From: an uncultured cyanobacterium
Lineage (GTDB): Bacteria; Cyanobacteriota; Cyanobacteriia; Cyanobacteriales; CAWCAG01
Assembly: GCA_963803805.1 (NCBI GenBank)
Contig: CAWDOD010000003.1
Coordinates: forward strand, 96,001 to 160,000
DNA length: 64,000 nt
Direction of reading: 5' to 3'
Shown: positions 43,168 through 54,136 of the stretch, in pieces
How the letters are laid out: every line of letters begins with the position of its first letter
Numbering within the stretch: position 1 is the first letter of the stretch
Translations under genes and position numbers: made by a program
Notes under the pieces: model-generated
What the model was told of the DNA's origin: nothing
Databases searched by the model: none
What the model saw: the letters and a program-made list of their open reading frames with translations, nothing else

Positions 43168-43211
43168 TTAAATTGAGAATTTAGCCTGAAAAATGGTTCT
43201 TTAATTTTTAA

Positions 43212-43610
43212 TCATTCTTCAGGCAAAAGTTGGCGAATCTGCTCAACAAATTGTTGGTGATCCACCACTGGTTTAGAGATGTAGCTATTAGCCCCACTTT
43301 GTTTAAGAAAACTTTCTTTGTCCCCTTCCATTGCATGGGCTGTGACCAAGATAATTGGTATTTCTGAAGTTTGAGGATCTGCTTTTAGCATTTGGGTAAT
43401 TTTAATACCATCTACCGCCTTACCTCGGTAAACGCTATGAGCAAGAGAAACATCCATCAAAATAATGTCGGCCCCCCCTGCTTGGGCAATTTCCATTACC
43501 TCTTCTACATCTTCAGTATGTTTAACATCCAAACCCCCGCGTTTGGTAAGAATCTTAGAAAAAACGCGAGCATTAATAGGATCGTCTTCTACAATCAAAA
43601 CTGTCGTCAT
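43212..43610 (-). CDS. Single-domain response regulator (DivK-like)
   Basis: VLIVEDD, ILMD, VTAHAM, ISKP. Confidence 0.92.
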   Translation of the reverse strand: MTTVLIVEDDPINARVFSKILTKRGGLDVKHTEDVEEVMEIAQAGGADIILMDVSLAHSVYRGKAVDGIKITQMLKADPQTSEIPIILVTAHAMEGDKESFLKQSGANSYISKPVVDHQQFVEQIRQLLPEE

Positions 43611-43758
43611 AGGCGTTGCCTCAAGGGAGTCGCTGTAAATAAGGGCGAATTTTAAGATTAAACTGACAAGGACTTTTGTAATGTTGCCACTGAGAGCAGC
43701 AATAAGTCATTAATTAAGCATTATCTTTGTTTTAAGGAAAGTTTAGGATAAATAACTC

Positions 43759-46272
43759 ATGGCAAAACAGCTAAACCTGTTAGAAAATGGTCAGATCGTC
43801 CCCACGGCGCTACACGCAGAAATGGAACGGTCTTATCTTGAATATGCCATGAGTGTCATAGTCGGCAGGGCATTACCGGATGTTCGAGATGGGCTAAAAC
43901 CAGTCCATCGACGAATTTTGTATGCCATGCACGAACTAGGTTTGACCCCAGATAGACCTTATCGTAAATGTGCCAGAGTAGTGGGAGATGTTTTAGGTAA
44001 ATATCATCCCCATGGAGATCAGGCGGTTTATGATGCATTGGTACGAATGGTACAAGATTTCTCCAGTCGCTATCCGTTATTATCCGGACATGGGAACTTT
44101 GGTTCGGTGGATAATGACCCTCCTGCTGCCATGCGCTATACAGAAACTCGATTGGCAGAAATTGCCCATCAAGCTTTGTTAAGGGAAATTGGAGAAGCAA
44201 CGGTTGACTTTACAAGTAACTTTGACAACTCTCAACAAGAACCAGTAGTACTACCAGCTCAGTTACCTATATTATTGCTTAATGGTTGCTCCGGGATCGC
44301 AGTGGGTATGGCCACAAATGTACCTCCCCATAATTTGGGAGAGGTTGTAGATGGCTTGATTGCCTTGATTGATAAGCCTAACTTAGCTGATGAAAAACTT
44401 TGGCAATTAATTAGGGGACCAGACTTTCCCACTGGAGGAGAGATTATTGATACTGCCGTCATTAAGGAGGTTTATAGCCAAGGTAGGGGGAGTATTCCTT
44501 TACGGGGGGTAGCAACTGTTGAGAAATTGCGTACTGAAGGTAAGCGACGCAGGGTTAAGACAGCGATTGTGGTGACAGAATTACCCTTCCAGGTTAATAA
44601 AGCCGGTTGGATTGAGAAAGTTGCTGATTTAGTTAATCAAGGGCGTATTGAAGGCATTTCTGATCTTCGTGATGAGAGCGATCGCGATGGTATGCGAGTG
44701 GTGATTGAATTAAAACGGGATACGAATGCTCAACAAATTCTCCAACAACTTTATAAACAATCTGCTCTACAAAATAACTTTGGGGCCATTATGCTGGCCT
44801 TGGTGGATAATAAGCCCTGTCAGCTTTCTTTACGAGAATTATTAGAAGAGTTCCTTAGTTTCCGGGAACAAACCCTTACTAGGCTTTATAGGTACGAATT
44901 AGAGCAGAATCAAAAGAGGATTCATCTGGTTGAAGGATTATTAGCAGCCCTGAAAAATTTGGATCGGGTGATTGAGATTTTGCGTAATGCCCCTGATGGT
45001 AGTACAGCAAGGGTGACGCTACAAGAAGAATTAGGGATTAGTGAAGCCCAAGCCGATTCTATTTTAGCTATGCCCATGCGCCGCTTAACAGGGTTAGAAA
45101 GGCAGAAGTTGCAAACAGAGTATGAGGAATTGCAAGGGGCGATCACGAAGTTAAATCAATTATTAGGCGATCGCACGGAGTTATTAAAAGCCCTGAAAAA
45201 AGAGTTACGTTCCTTGAAGCGTAAGTATGGTAATCCTCGTCGTACAAAGATTCTGTCAGCGGAGGAGGTACAAAAAGCTACGGCTACGGCGAAGAAGGGG
45301 ACAAGAAGTAAAAAGTCTCCTCAGAAATCCAGCGCAGTGCCAGTTTTGGAAGCAACAGAACCTTTACCTCCTCAAGATGCGGTGATAGAGGTTACTCGCC
45401 AAGGTTATATCTATTGGCAAACTCCCTCCGGAGGACAAAAAGCTGCCACTAGTAGCAGGGATTTTGTGATTGAGACTTTAGCCATGAAGCAACAAGAAAC
45501 TTTGGTGGTACTAACCGCTAGTGGGAAAGCCTATCCTGTTGCCCTTACAGAAATTCCCCAAGCAGGAAATATTAAGAAAACTCCCTTGTTGAGTTTGTTG
45601 CCAAAATCTGTTCAGAAGCCGGAAGAAAGGGCTGTAGGGCAGTTTTTTCTGCCTCAAGGTAAAAACGAAAAAGACCGAGATTTAGTCTTACTTACCAAGC
45701 AAGGGCGTATTAAACGCTTAGATTTATCAGAGTTAAAAGATTTGAGTAATCGAGGACTACAAGTAGTTAAACTCAAAGACAAGGACAGCTTAGATTATGC
45801 GGCTTTAACCCAAGAAGGACAACAAATTGCCATCGCCACCACAGGAGGGCGCATTTTACGTTTTGAGGTTAATGATGAACAATTGGCAATTATGGGACGC
45901 AATGCCCAAGGTAATCAAGCTTTGAGATTACGTTACAACGAAAATATTGTTGGTGGGGTTGTTGTGACCGAAAAAGATAGTCTTTTACTCGTATCAGAGT
46001 TTGGTTATGTGAAGCGATTAGCAATTAAGTCTTTACGTTTAGCTAATCGAGGGGATATTGGCACTCAGGCTTTACAATTTTCTGAGTCTGAGGATACCTT
46101 GGCTGGAGTAATTTTAGCTCCGAAGCAAGCTAGTTTTACTCTTTTAACAACAAAGGATAAGGTGATTAATTTACCCATTAAGCCTATTAAAAATTGGGGC
46201 AAAGATGGTACAGGGAATCATCTCTCGAAGTTGAAACCCACAGATAGGGTAAAAGAGATTTGGCTAAACTAA
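43759..46272 (+). CDS. Type IIA topoisomerase subunit A (second GyrA paralog, ParC-like)
   Basis: [21 protein letters not shown], catalytic AAMRY; no recognisable GyrA-box. Confidence 0.9.
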   Translation: MAKQLNLLENGQIVPTALHAEMERSYLEYAMSVIVGRALPDVRDGLKPVHRRILYAMHELGLTPDRPYRKCARVVGDVLGKYHPHGDQAVYDALVRMVQDFSSRYPLLSGHGNFGSVDNDPPAAMRYTETRLAEIAHQALLREIGEATVDFTSNFDNSQQEPVVLPAQLPILLLNGCSGIAVGMATNVPPHNLGEVVDGLIALIDKPNLADEKLWQLIRGPDFPTGGEIIDTAVIKEVYSQGRGSIPLRGVATVEKLRTEGKRRRVKTAIVVTELPFQVNKAGWIEKVADLVNQGRIEGISDLRDESDRDGMRVVIELKRDTNAQQILQQLYKQSALQNNFGAIMLALVDNKPCQLSLRELLEEFLSFREQTLTRLYRYELEQNQKRIHLVEGLLAALKNLDRVIEILRNAPDGSTARVTLQEELGISEAQADSILAMPMRRLTGLERQKLQTEYEELQGAITKLNQLLGDRTELLKALKKELRSLKRKYGNPRRTKILSAEEVQKATATAKKGTRSKKSPQKSSAVPVLEATEPLPPQDAVIEVTRQGYIYWQTPSGGQKAATSSRDFVIETLAMKQQETLVVLTASGKAYPVALTEIPQAGNIKKTPLLSLLPKSVQKPEERAVGQFFLPQGKNEKDRDLVLLTKQGRIKRLDLSELKDLSNRGLQVVKLKDKDSLDYAALTQEGQQIAIATTGGRILRFEVNDEQLAIMGRNAQGNQALRLRYNENIVGGVVVTEKDSLLLVSEFGYVKRLAIKSLRLANRGDIGTQALQFSESEDTLAGVILAPKQASFTLLTTKDKVINLPIKPIKNWGKDGTGNHLSKLKPTDRVKEIWLN

Positions 46273-46392
46273 GCTAAGACCCTTAGAAAGCTGGTATTTA
46301 TCCCTCCTAGCCCAATTTTCCTCAATGCCTTTAACTATTAGACATCTTAGAAGCGCGGGCAGATCAATCAAATGTTCAATGTTTCATGATCA

Positions 46393-46956
46393 ATGGTACA
46401 AACACCACCTAAAACACTTACATTGGCAGAGTTTTTACAATTACCTGAAACAAAACCTGCTCAAGAATATCTTGAAGCTAAAATCATCCAAAAACCAATG
46501 CCCCAGGGGAAACATAGTGCTATTCAAGGAGAGTTTGTTTCGGCTATTAATAGTGTAGTCAAACCCAAACGTCTTGCACGTGCTTTTCCTGAATTACGTT
46601 GTACCTTTGGGGGGCGTTCAACTGTTCCTGATATTGTAGTGTTTGTTTGGAATCGAATTCCTCGCGATGACAATGGAGAAATTGCTAATGCTTTTCCTTT
46701 AGCACCAGATTGGACAATTGAAATCTTATCGCCAGATCAAAGTCAAACAAAAGTAACCAAAAACATTCTTCATTGCTTGAAACATGGGACTAAAATGGGT
46801 TGGTTAATTGATCCTGCTGAACAAACTGTATTTGTCTATTGTCCTAAACAAGAAGTTGAAGCATTTGATCAGCCAGATGATATTCTTCCTATGCCACCAT
46901 TTGCCAGTGAGCTAAACTTACTCATCAAAGATTTGTTCGCTTGGTTGCTAGAGTAA
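46393..46956 (+). CDS. Uma2 (DUF820) family putative endonuclease, different subfamily from copies A/B
   Basis: KPMPQGKHS, VPDI, APDWTIEILSP, MGWLIDP. Confidence 0.9.
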   Translation: MVQTPPKTLTLAEFLQLPETKPAQEYLEAKIIQKPMPQGKHSAIQGEFVSAINSVVKPKRLARAFPELRCTFGGRSTVPDIVVFVWNRIPRDDNGEIANAFPLAPDWTIEILSPDQSQTKVTKNILHCLKHGTKMGWLIDPAEQTVFVYCPKQEVEAFDQPDDILPMPPFASELNLLIKDLFAWLLE

Positions 46957-46986
46957 ATTATAGAGTTCGATTAAAAAGAAAAATTT

Positions 46987-48378
46987 ATGGTAACGAAAAG
47001 GATTAGGGAAATATTACGCCAAGGGCAACCTGATGATGGGGTAACAATTCAGGGTTGGGTGCGTACTAAGCGGGAATTGAAAAATTTTGCTTTTATAGAA
47101 GTTAATGATGGTTCTTCTTTGGCGAGTATTCAAGTGGTACTTAATCCTGATTTGCCAGATTATGAGGACTTGCTTAAACGTCTTAATACAGGGGCTTCGG
47201 TGGAAGTAGCAGGGGTTGTCGCTGCTTCTCCGGGTAAAGGACAACGGGTAGAAATACAAGCTTCTAGGGCAGAAGTTTATGGGGAATCTGATGTGGAAAC
47301 TTACCCTTTGCAAAAGAAGCGCCACTCCTTTGAATTTCTGCGTACTATTGGTCATTTGAGAGGGCGTACTAACACTCTAGGAGCAGTTTTTAGGGTACGC
47401 AATGCTTGTTCTGAGGCTATTCACCAATTTTTCCAATCGAGGGACTTTCTCTGGGTTCATACCCCCGTTATAACCGCTAGTGATTGTGAGGGGGCAGGGG
47501 AGTTATTTAATGTGACGAGTTTGAATTTAAAAGATGTCCCCCGCCTTAATAATGGGGAAATAGATTATAGCCAAGATTTTTTTGGTCGCAGGGCCTATCT
47601 TACCGTAAGTGGGCAATTAGAAGCGGAAGTGATGGCGATGGCTTTTAAGGATGTTTACACTTTTGGTCCCACTTTTCGGGCAGAAAATTCCAATACTTCC
47701 CGCCATTTAGCTGAGTTTTGGATGGTGGAACCAGAAATGGCTTTTTGTGATTTAGCAGGGGACAGAGATTTAGCGGAACAGTTCCTTAAATATGTGTTTA
47801 AGTTTGTCTTAGAAAAGTGTCCTGAAGATTTGGAATTTTTCAACAAACGCATTGATGATACGGTTTTAGCTACAGCAGATAATATTATTAATAGTGAGTT
47901 TGCTAAGATTACTTATACAGAGGCGATCGCACTTTTAGAAAAAGCTGAGCGGAAGTTTGAATATCCCGTTGAATGGGGTGTAGATTTACAATCAGAACAT
48001 GAACGTTATTTAGCAGAAGAATTATTTAAAAAGCCTACCATTGTTACTGATTATCCGGTGGGAATTAAGGCTTTTTATATGCGTTTAAATGATGATGAAA
48101 AAACCGTTGCGGCTATGGATGTTTTAGCCCCCAAAATTGGTGAAATTATCGGTGGTTCACAACGGGAAGAACGTCTTGATGTGTTAGAAAGACGCATTAA
48201 AGAACAAGCATTGCCCACAGAAGATTTATGGTGGTATCTTGATTTGCGCCGTTATGGGACAGTTCCCCATGCGGGTTTTGGTTTAGGGTTTGAAAGGTTG
48301 GTACAGTTTATGACAGGTATGAATAATATTCGCGATGTTATTCCTTTTCCTCGCACTCCTTTAAGTGCAGAATTTTAA
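46987..48378 (+). CDS. asnS: Asparagine--tRNA ligase
   Basis: [44 protein letters not shown]. Confidence 0.97.
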   Translation: MVTKRIREILRQGQPDDGVTIQGWVRTKRELKNFAFIEVNDGSSLASIQVVLNPDLPDYEDLLKRLNTGASVEVAGVVAASPGKGQRVEIQASRAEVYGESDVETYPLQKKRHSFEFLRTIGHLRGRTNTLGAVFRVRNACSEAIHQFFQSRDFLWVHTPVITASDCEGAGELFNVTSLNLKDVPRLNNGEIDYSQDFFGRRAYLTVSGQLEAEVMAMAFKDVYTFGPTFRAENSNTSRHLAEFWMVEPEMAFCDLAGDRDLAEQFLKYVFKFVLEKCPEDLEFFNKRIDDTVLATADNIINSEFAKITYTEAIALLEKAERKFEYPVEWGVDLQSEHERYLAEELFKKPTIVTDYPVGIKAFYMRLNDDEKTVAAMDVLAPKIGEIIGGSQREERLDVLERRIKEQALPTEDLWWYLDLRRYGTVPHAGFGLGFERLVQFMTGMNNIRDVIPFPRTPLSAEF

Positions 48379-48383
48379 CTTTG

Positions 48384-48487
48384 GAGAACTCCAATAAATA
48401 AAATATCCCCACCAAGTATAAGATTTTAGCAACTAGCAACTAGCCATAAGCTTATCGCTTAGCGATAAGTCTTTTCTTGGTTCTCTC
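48384..48487. mobile_element. MITE copy 1 (104 bp, 3 heptamer units)
   Basis: GAGAACTCCAATAAATAAAATATCC...AAGTCTTTTCTTGGTTCTCTC; near-identical to 54924-55125 apart from array length; ends resemble the ISAzo13 inverted repeats. Confidence 0.75.
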
Positions 48488-49806
48488 TAAGTGACGAGGA
48501 GAGAGTCTGAAGGCTTATTCACCCTAGCACTTTCAGCAGTTTGGGTGTAGATCCTTTCTACCACTTCTGCTAAACGCTGCATTCCTGTAGCGATTTCTTC
48601 AGGAGTTGCTGTTAAGCTGATGCGAATACATTGCTGTTTGTGGGGCCATTGTTCCTGTAAGCCAGGGAAGAAAGGACTGCCGGGAACAACAATTACTCCT
48701 ACTTCTTTTAATTCTTGATAAAGTTCCCAATCTGTTAAAGGTAAATCTTCTAACCACAGCCAAGCAAAAATAGCTCCTTCACCACGATGCAAAAACCAAG
48801 GTAAGTCTTGGGGAAGGGCAGCATCTAAGGTGGCTTCTAGGATTGCTAATTTGTTTTGGTAATGGGGACGAATTACTGAGGTAGAAATTTCTGCTAAAGC
48901 ACCACTAGCGATCGCCTTGGTAGCTATAGCCTGTCCGTAGCGAGAAGAGTGAAGGCAGAGGTTGGTTTGGAAGCATTCTAAAACTTGAATTAATTGAGGA
49001 TCGCCAATAGCTACCCCCACTCTTTCCCCCGGTAATCCGGCTTTGGATAGGCTAAGACAGTGGATGATATTACCACCAAATCGGGGTGTCATAGGGGTGA
49101 AGTTTAAGGCTGGGTAAGGGGTTGCGTAGGCAGAATCAATTAAAACTGGTATGTTATGAGGGGCCGCTAGGTCAGTAATTTTCTGCACCTCTGCGTCACT
49201 CAGAACGTTACCTGTGGGGTTGCAGGGACGGGAAAAGATAACGCAGCCGGTGGTTTCATTAATGGCAAGTCGGCTGAAATCTGGGCGATATTTGAAGCGA
49301 TGTTGTTGGTGGTCAATTTCTAAATGGGGTTTGTAGGCGATGATTGTGTCTGGGGTTAAGCTGACTCCTCCATATCCGGTATAGTCAGGGCTGAGGGGTA
49401 AAACAACTCGCTTTAACTTTCCCCTAGGACTGTAGCCAGCCAAGGCATTAGCTCCGTAAAAGTAAATAGATTGGGAACCGGGGGTAATGAGAATATTTCT
49501 GTCGGTAAGGTTTAACCCATAGCGATGGTTAAAATCCTTCGCGATCGCCTCAATTAAAGGAGTATATCCTTGAGAGGAGCCATAACGCCCCACAACTTCA
49601 CCATATTCAGGGCTAGCTAGCAATTGTGCATTGCAATCTCGCCATAATTGTTCTACTTCTGGCAAAATTACCGGGTTGCCAGCACTAAGATTGATGAAAT
49701 TTCTCCCTTTACCTGCTCGCAAGGTTTCAATAATATCTTTCATAATTGCCCTAACTCCTGTAAGAGTGGACATTTGCTTACCAATTTGTGATAGGTGAGG
49801 ATTCAT
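48487..49806 (-). CDS. avtA: Valine--pyruvate aminotransferase
   Basis: TGVRAIMKD, LSAGNP, ITPGSQ, SRPCNPTGN, DSAY, SLSKAGLPGER, GAIFAWLW; probable start MNPHLS. Confidence 0.88.
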   Translation of the reverse strand: MNPHLSQIGKQMSTLTGVRAIMKDIIETLRAGKGRNFINLSAGNPVILPEVEQLWRDCNAQLLASPEYGEVVGRYGSSQGYTPLIEAIAKDFNHRYGLNLTDRNILITPGSQSIYFYGANALAGYSPRGKLKRVVLPLSPDYTGYGGVSLTPDTIIAYKPHLEIDHQQHRFKYRPDFSRLAINETTGCVIFSRPCNPTGNVLSDAEVQKITDLAAPHNIPVLIDSAYATPYPALNFTPMTPRFGGNIIHCLSLSKAGLPGERVGVAIGDPQLIQVLECFQTNLCLHSSRYGQAIATKAIASGALAEISTSVIRPHYQNKLAILEATLDAALPQDLPWFLHRGEGAIFAWLWLEDLPLTDWELYQELKEVGVIVVPGSPFFPGLQEQWPHKQQCIRISLTATPEEIATGMQRLAEVVERIYTQTAESARVNKPSDSLLVT

Positions 49807-49898
49807 AGGATTTTTTAGTTGGAGTAGCACTTCAACCATTAGTGTATAGCGCGATACACCAATGGTTGAAGCGATCGCGCTATCTATATTTCAGTACT

Positions 49899-51180
49899 TT
49901 AGTTGATATCTTGCCAGACATCATCAAATAAATTATCTTCTTCTTCTTTTCCCTTCTCTTGTTCCCCAGAAAGAGCAACATCAAAGCCGTTATTATCTTG
50001 TCCCATCTCGCTTAGATCGAACTCTTCATCTTGTTCTGAAGATTCTACTAGTTCTAGTTCTTCTTCAATACTATTTTCTAGTGCTGCTAAGTCCAAGTCT
50101 TCTTCACTACTTCCTAAATCTAGATTCTGATTCAGAAACCACTTGTCCATTGAGGTCTAAAGATTCTTCTTCTTCCCCAAATAGATTGTTCCCCAAGTCT
50201 ATTAACTCTGGGTCCATTTCCCCTTGAGACTCTCCTCCTAATTCTATAGGAGTTACTTCTTCTTCGGTTAAAGCCTCTCCAAAATCTAGTTCTGATGCTA
50301 CTTCAGTTTCCGATTCTTCCCCAAAATCTATTGCAGGTTCATCTTCTTCTTCGGTTAAAGCCTCTCCAAAATCTAGTTCTGATGCTGCTGCAATTTCCGA
50401 TTCTTCCCCAAAATCTATTGCAGGTTCATCCTCTTCTTCAGTTAAAGCCTCTCCAAAATCTAGTTCTGATGCTGCTTCAAGTTCCGACTCTTCTCCAAAA
50501 TCCATTGCAGGTTCTTCTTCTGCCATGAAATCTAATTCTGGCTCTTCTTCGGTTAAAGCTTCCCCAAAATCCATTTCTGATGCTACTTCAAGTTCCGACT
50601 CTTCCCCAAAATCTATTGCAGGTTCATCTTCTTCAGTTAAAGCCTCTCCAAAATCCATTTCTGATTCTGCTTCAACTTCTGATTCATCAGAAGAATCTGT
50701 GAAATCCAAATCCGACTCTGCTTCTAAGACATATTCTTCTTCAATGATAGTAGGCTCGTCAGCATCTAAAGCCAACTCTTCTAGATCACTATCATCTTCT
50801 TGTTCAAAAGCTGAGAAATTGTCTTCATCGTCATCACTGACAGATTCTTCTAAATCTTCAGCTTCTCCTTCCCAAGGGCAGAATTCTAGACTGATTCTGA
50901 CTTTACCTTTCTGCCAACCTTGAGCGCCAAATTTTAAAACCTCACAGTTGATGCCATTTTCAGTAAACCAATGCTTTTTAGCTTCAGTTATGTCACCAAT
51001 ACCATATGCCATGAGCTGTGTATAAAGAGCCTGTGATAGCTCTTCTGCCCTAAAGGTGTGTCCGACTAAAAGTTGGACCGAATCATCAACTGAGAGTACT
51101 TCACCGCCAGAAAGCGGCTCGAACGTATTATCCACGACTATTTTTTCCCTGTTTAGCTTTGCAATGTTTAGCCGAGTCAC
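49899..51180 (-). CDS. KGK-domain protein with long acidic repeat tail; frameshift at ~50124
   Basis: GINCEVLKFGAQGWQKGKVRISLEFCP. The acidic tail continues in another frame (LDLGSSEEDLDL...) to the stop at 49899. Confidence 0.75.
50255..50665 (-). repeat. Intragenic tandem repeat, 87-bp (29 aa) unit EPAIDFGEESExxxASELDFGEALTEEED, about 4-5 degenerate copies
   Basis: TCTTCGGTTAAAGCCTCTCC recurs at 50261 and 50348 (period 87), with further copies downstream. Confidence 0.9.
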
Positions 51181-51331
51181 TGTTTATTATTGCTTAGATT
51201 AGCTCAGTAACTATCAAGAGAGACTAAAACAATTTAAAGAAAATGCTAAATTATGAACCTCAAGCATAGTATTAGCAAAGCAAAATAATTCATAATTTAT
51301 AACTTAATTATCTTCATCTTGCCCAAAATGT

Positions 51332-52327
51332 TTAGAAAAACCAGCCGTAGGAGTGTAAGCCTTTGCCTAATAAGTTTACTCCCAGGTAACAGATCCAAAC
51401 AACGAAAAAGCCTGTGGTAGCAAGGATAGCTGGTTTTCTTCCCTGCCAACCACGGGTGATGCGGGCGTGTAAATAAGCTGCAAAAATCAACCAAGTAATT
51501 AAGGCCCAGGTTTCTTTCGGGTCCCAACTCCAATAAGATCCCCAAGCTTCGTTAGCCCAAACTGCTCCGGCGATGATACCAATAGTTAGTAGGGGAAATC
51601 CTAAGCCGATGATCCGGTAGCTAATGTTATCTAAGGTGTCAGCAAGGCTTAAGCGTTGAGGGGAAAGGCTTGGTGTAATGATTGGATTTACTCGCGCCAT
51701 AACTGCGGTATTGCCACTACTACTACCTTCTAAGGAAATATTCTCTTGAGTTGCCGCAACTGGTTTTAAAAAGGCTGAATTACGATAGCCCCCAGTGCCT
51801 ACAGAACTACCTCGGAGTTCCACTTTTTCGCCACGAGTAACTATTAAAAAAGCGATCGCCAGTAAAGAACCTACCATTAAGGTGGCATAGCTAAGCATCA
51901 TGACACTAACGTGCATCATTAACCAATTAGATTTTAAAGCTGGGACTAACGGTTCGGCCCCTTGCAATTGGGCTGGTAAAGTTAAGGCTGCAAAAGCAGT
52001 TATTCCCATAGCAAGAGGAGCTGTAAAAACTCCTACCAAGTTACTACGACTCATTCTTTGGGCAATAAAATGAATTGTGGTTATGCCCCAAGCAAGGAAG
52101 AATAAGGATTCATAAAGATTACTTAAAGGAAAGTAGCCAGCTTCTAGCCAACGGGCGCTAAGTAAGGCTGCTATACAAAGATTGGCAATTCCCATACCGG
52201 CTGTTCCTAAAGTAGGTAAATAGGTTAGGTTAGGAAAAGCGGCTCCAACCCAGTAAACTAGCATGGTAACTAGTAATACAGCAAAAGAGATATTATCAAG
52301 GATATTCTGAAGTTCAACTAAGTTCAT
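51332..52327 (-). CDS. ccsA: System II cytochrome c biogenesis protein
   Basis: [38 protein letters not shown] (WWD domain). Confidence 0.96.
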   Translation of the reverse strand: MNLVELQNILDNISFAVLLVTMLVYWVGAAFPNLTYLPTLGTAGMGIANLCIAALLSARWLEAGYFPLSNLYESLFFLAWGITTIHFIAQRMSRSNLVGVFTAPLAMGITAFAALTLPAQLQGAEPLVPALKSNWLMMHVSVMMLSYATLMVGSLLAIAFLIVTRGEKVELRGSSVGTGGYRNSAFLKPVAATQENISLEGSSSGNTAVMARVNPIITPSLSPQRLSLADTLDNISYRIIGLGFPLLTIGIIAGAVWANEAWGSYWSWDPKETWALITWLIFAAYLHARITRGWQGRKPAILATTGFFVVWICYLGVNLLGKGLHSYGWFF

Positions 52328-52536
52328 AAAAGTATTCTCTTAAAATAGTTTTAATTAAAGCTCTAACAATCCGTCGAACTAATAGATGTGCTTGTAAATA
52401 ATATCGTAACGGTTATCGGCAATGGTTGAAAATCAATGATCAATGTGATCAATGTTCGGCTTGCTGTTGCCGTTAGGCATTATTGAATTGATAACTGTAG
52501 GGCTTGCTATTGTCTAAGACATCATTGATAACTGAT

Positions 52537-53604
52537 ATGCGATTACTACTAGTTGCTAGTCCAGTTGGTTCTTTGCATTCTGGTCAGGTGGGGGGAGTGG
52601 GTTTAGATATTCGTAACATTGTTGGGGAATTGCAACGGCGAGGTTACGAATTACAGGTTGTTGCTCCCTATGGTTCTCGAATCGAGTCTGTTTCAGTTAA
52701 AGAAATTGAAGGTAATTTTCAACCCCTAGCTCCCAATCAAAATAGTACTGCTCCTGTGGTTATTCCTCCCAATGCTGTTTTGAGTAATATGTGGGAATAT
52801 GCCCGTCGAGTTCAGGGTGATTTTGATTTAATTATTAATTTTGCCTATGATTGGTTGCCTTTTTATTTAGCTCCTTTTTTCACTTGTCCTGTTCTCCACC
52901 GGGTTAATATGGGTTCTTGGACTTTGGTGATGGATCGGGCTATTGAACAGGTAGCTTTTTTATGTCCGGGGACTTTAGGGGCTTTGACGCGATCGCAAGC
53001 TGCTACTTTTTCTGTGGCGAAGCAGTTTCGCACTTTAGGTGCAGGGCTAGATATTAGTAAATATGAGTTTTGTGCTAAACCGGGAGATAGTTTAGCTTGG
53101 GTGGCGCGAATTTCCCCAGAAAAGGGGCTGGAAGACTCTGTGGCAGCAGCAGCAGAAGCAGGGGTGACTTTGAAGGTTTTTGGTTATATCCAAAACAAAG
53201 ACTATTGGCAGCAAGTTTGCCAAGATTATCCCCAGGCATCAATTAAATATATGGGTTTTTTACCTACGGAACAATTACAAAAGGAATTAGGAAAATGTCG
53301 GGGATTATTGATGACTCACCATTGGGTGGAGGCTTTTGGTCTGGTGGCTATTGAAGCCCTTGCCTGCGGTGTTCCTGTCATTACCTACAATCGGGGTGGC
53401 CCTGGAGAGATTATTAGAGATGGTGAAACGGGTATTTTGGTAGAACCTGGTCAAGTAGATGGGTTAGTCAAAGGGATTGGCAATATAGATAGTTTAGATC
53501 GTAGGGCCTGTCGCCAGCAGGTAGAAGCAGAATACTCCTTAGAGGTATTTGGTGATAGGCTAGAGCAGTGGTTTCAAGACGTTCTCAATGCAGCCCATAG
53601 CTAA
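52537..53604 (+). CDS. GT4 pteridine glycosyltransferase-like protein (PgtA/BGluT family, divergent)
   Basis: SPVG...GGV, DFDLIINFAYDWLPFYL.PFF, RISPEKGLED, WVEAFG..AIEALACG match UDP-glucose:tetrahydrobiopterin glucosyltransferase as recalled. Confidence 0.8.
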   Translation: MRLLLVASPVGSLHSGQVGGVGLDIRNIVGELQRRGYELQVVAPYGSRIESVSVKEIEGNFQPLAPNQNSTAPVVIPPNAVLSNMWEYARRVQGDFDLIINFAYDWLPFYLAPFFTCPVLHRVNMGSWTLVMDRAIEQVAFLCPGTLGALTRSQAATFSVAKQFRTLGAGLDISKYEFCAKPGDSLAWVARISPEKGLEDSVAAAAEAGVTLKVFGYIQNKDYWQQVCQDYPQASIKYMGFLPTEQLQKELGKCRGLLMTHHWVEAFGLVAIEALACGVPVITYNRGGPGEIIRDGETGILVEPGQVDGLVKGIGNIDSLDRRACRQQVEAEYSLEVFGDRLEQWFQDVLNAAHS

Positions 53605-54076
53605 TGGAGGTTCAGTGGCAGGAGGTTCTGTCGAAAGGCGCTTCCCCTTAACAACCGTAGGAGCGCTCGTTACAAGCCCTCAAGGAAGAGTTTTAATAAT
53701 TAAAACCCATAAGTGGCGAGGTACTTGGGGAGTTCCAGGGGGAAAGGTTGATTGGGGTGAAGATTTAGAAACTGCTCTATTGCGTGAGTTTCAAGAAGAG
53801 GTGGGATTGGAGTTAACGGAGGTTCGTTTTGCTTTATTGCAAGAAGCCGTTATTGATCCTCAGTTTTACCAAGAAGCCCATTTTATTTTACTTAATTACT
53901 ATGCCCTGAGCAAGAGCGAAACGGTAATTCCCAATGAGGAGATTGCTGAATGGGTTTGGGTTACGCCTCAACAAGCTTTAGATTTTTCTCTTAATAGTTA
54001 TACTCGCATTCTCATTGAGGATTATCTTCGGGTTCAAGGAGGAATATCTCCAGTTTATAACTATAGTTATTCTTGA
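53588..54076 (+). CDS. NUDIX hydrolase
   Basis: Nudix box GGKVDWGEDLETALLREFQEEVGL; overlaps the GT4 stop. Confidence 0.92.
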   Translation: MQPIANGGSVAGGSVERRFPLTTVGALVTSPQGRVLIIKTHKWRGTWGVPGGKVDWGEDLETALLREFQEEVGLELTEVRFALLQEAVIDPQFYQEAHFILLNYYALSKSETVIPNEEIAEWVWVTPQQALDFSLNSYTRILIEDYLRVQGGISPVYNYSYS

Positions 54077-54136
54077 TAGATTGACTAGTAGGAGTAATGA
54101 GTAATGAGTAAATTTTGGATTTAGTAATCATTCTTA

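Noticed and set aside
50255..50665. Possible CRISPR array or non-coding repeat
   Set aside because: The 87-bp period is in frame and encodes an acidic peptide repeat.
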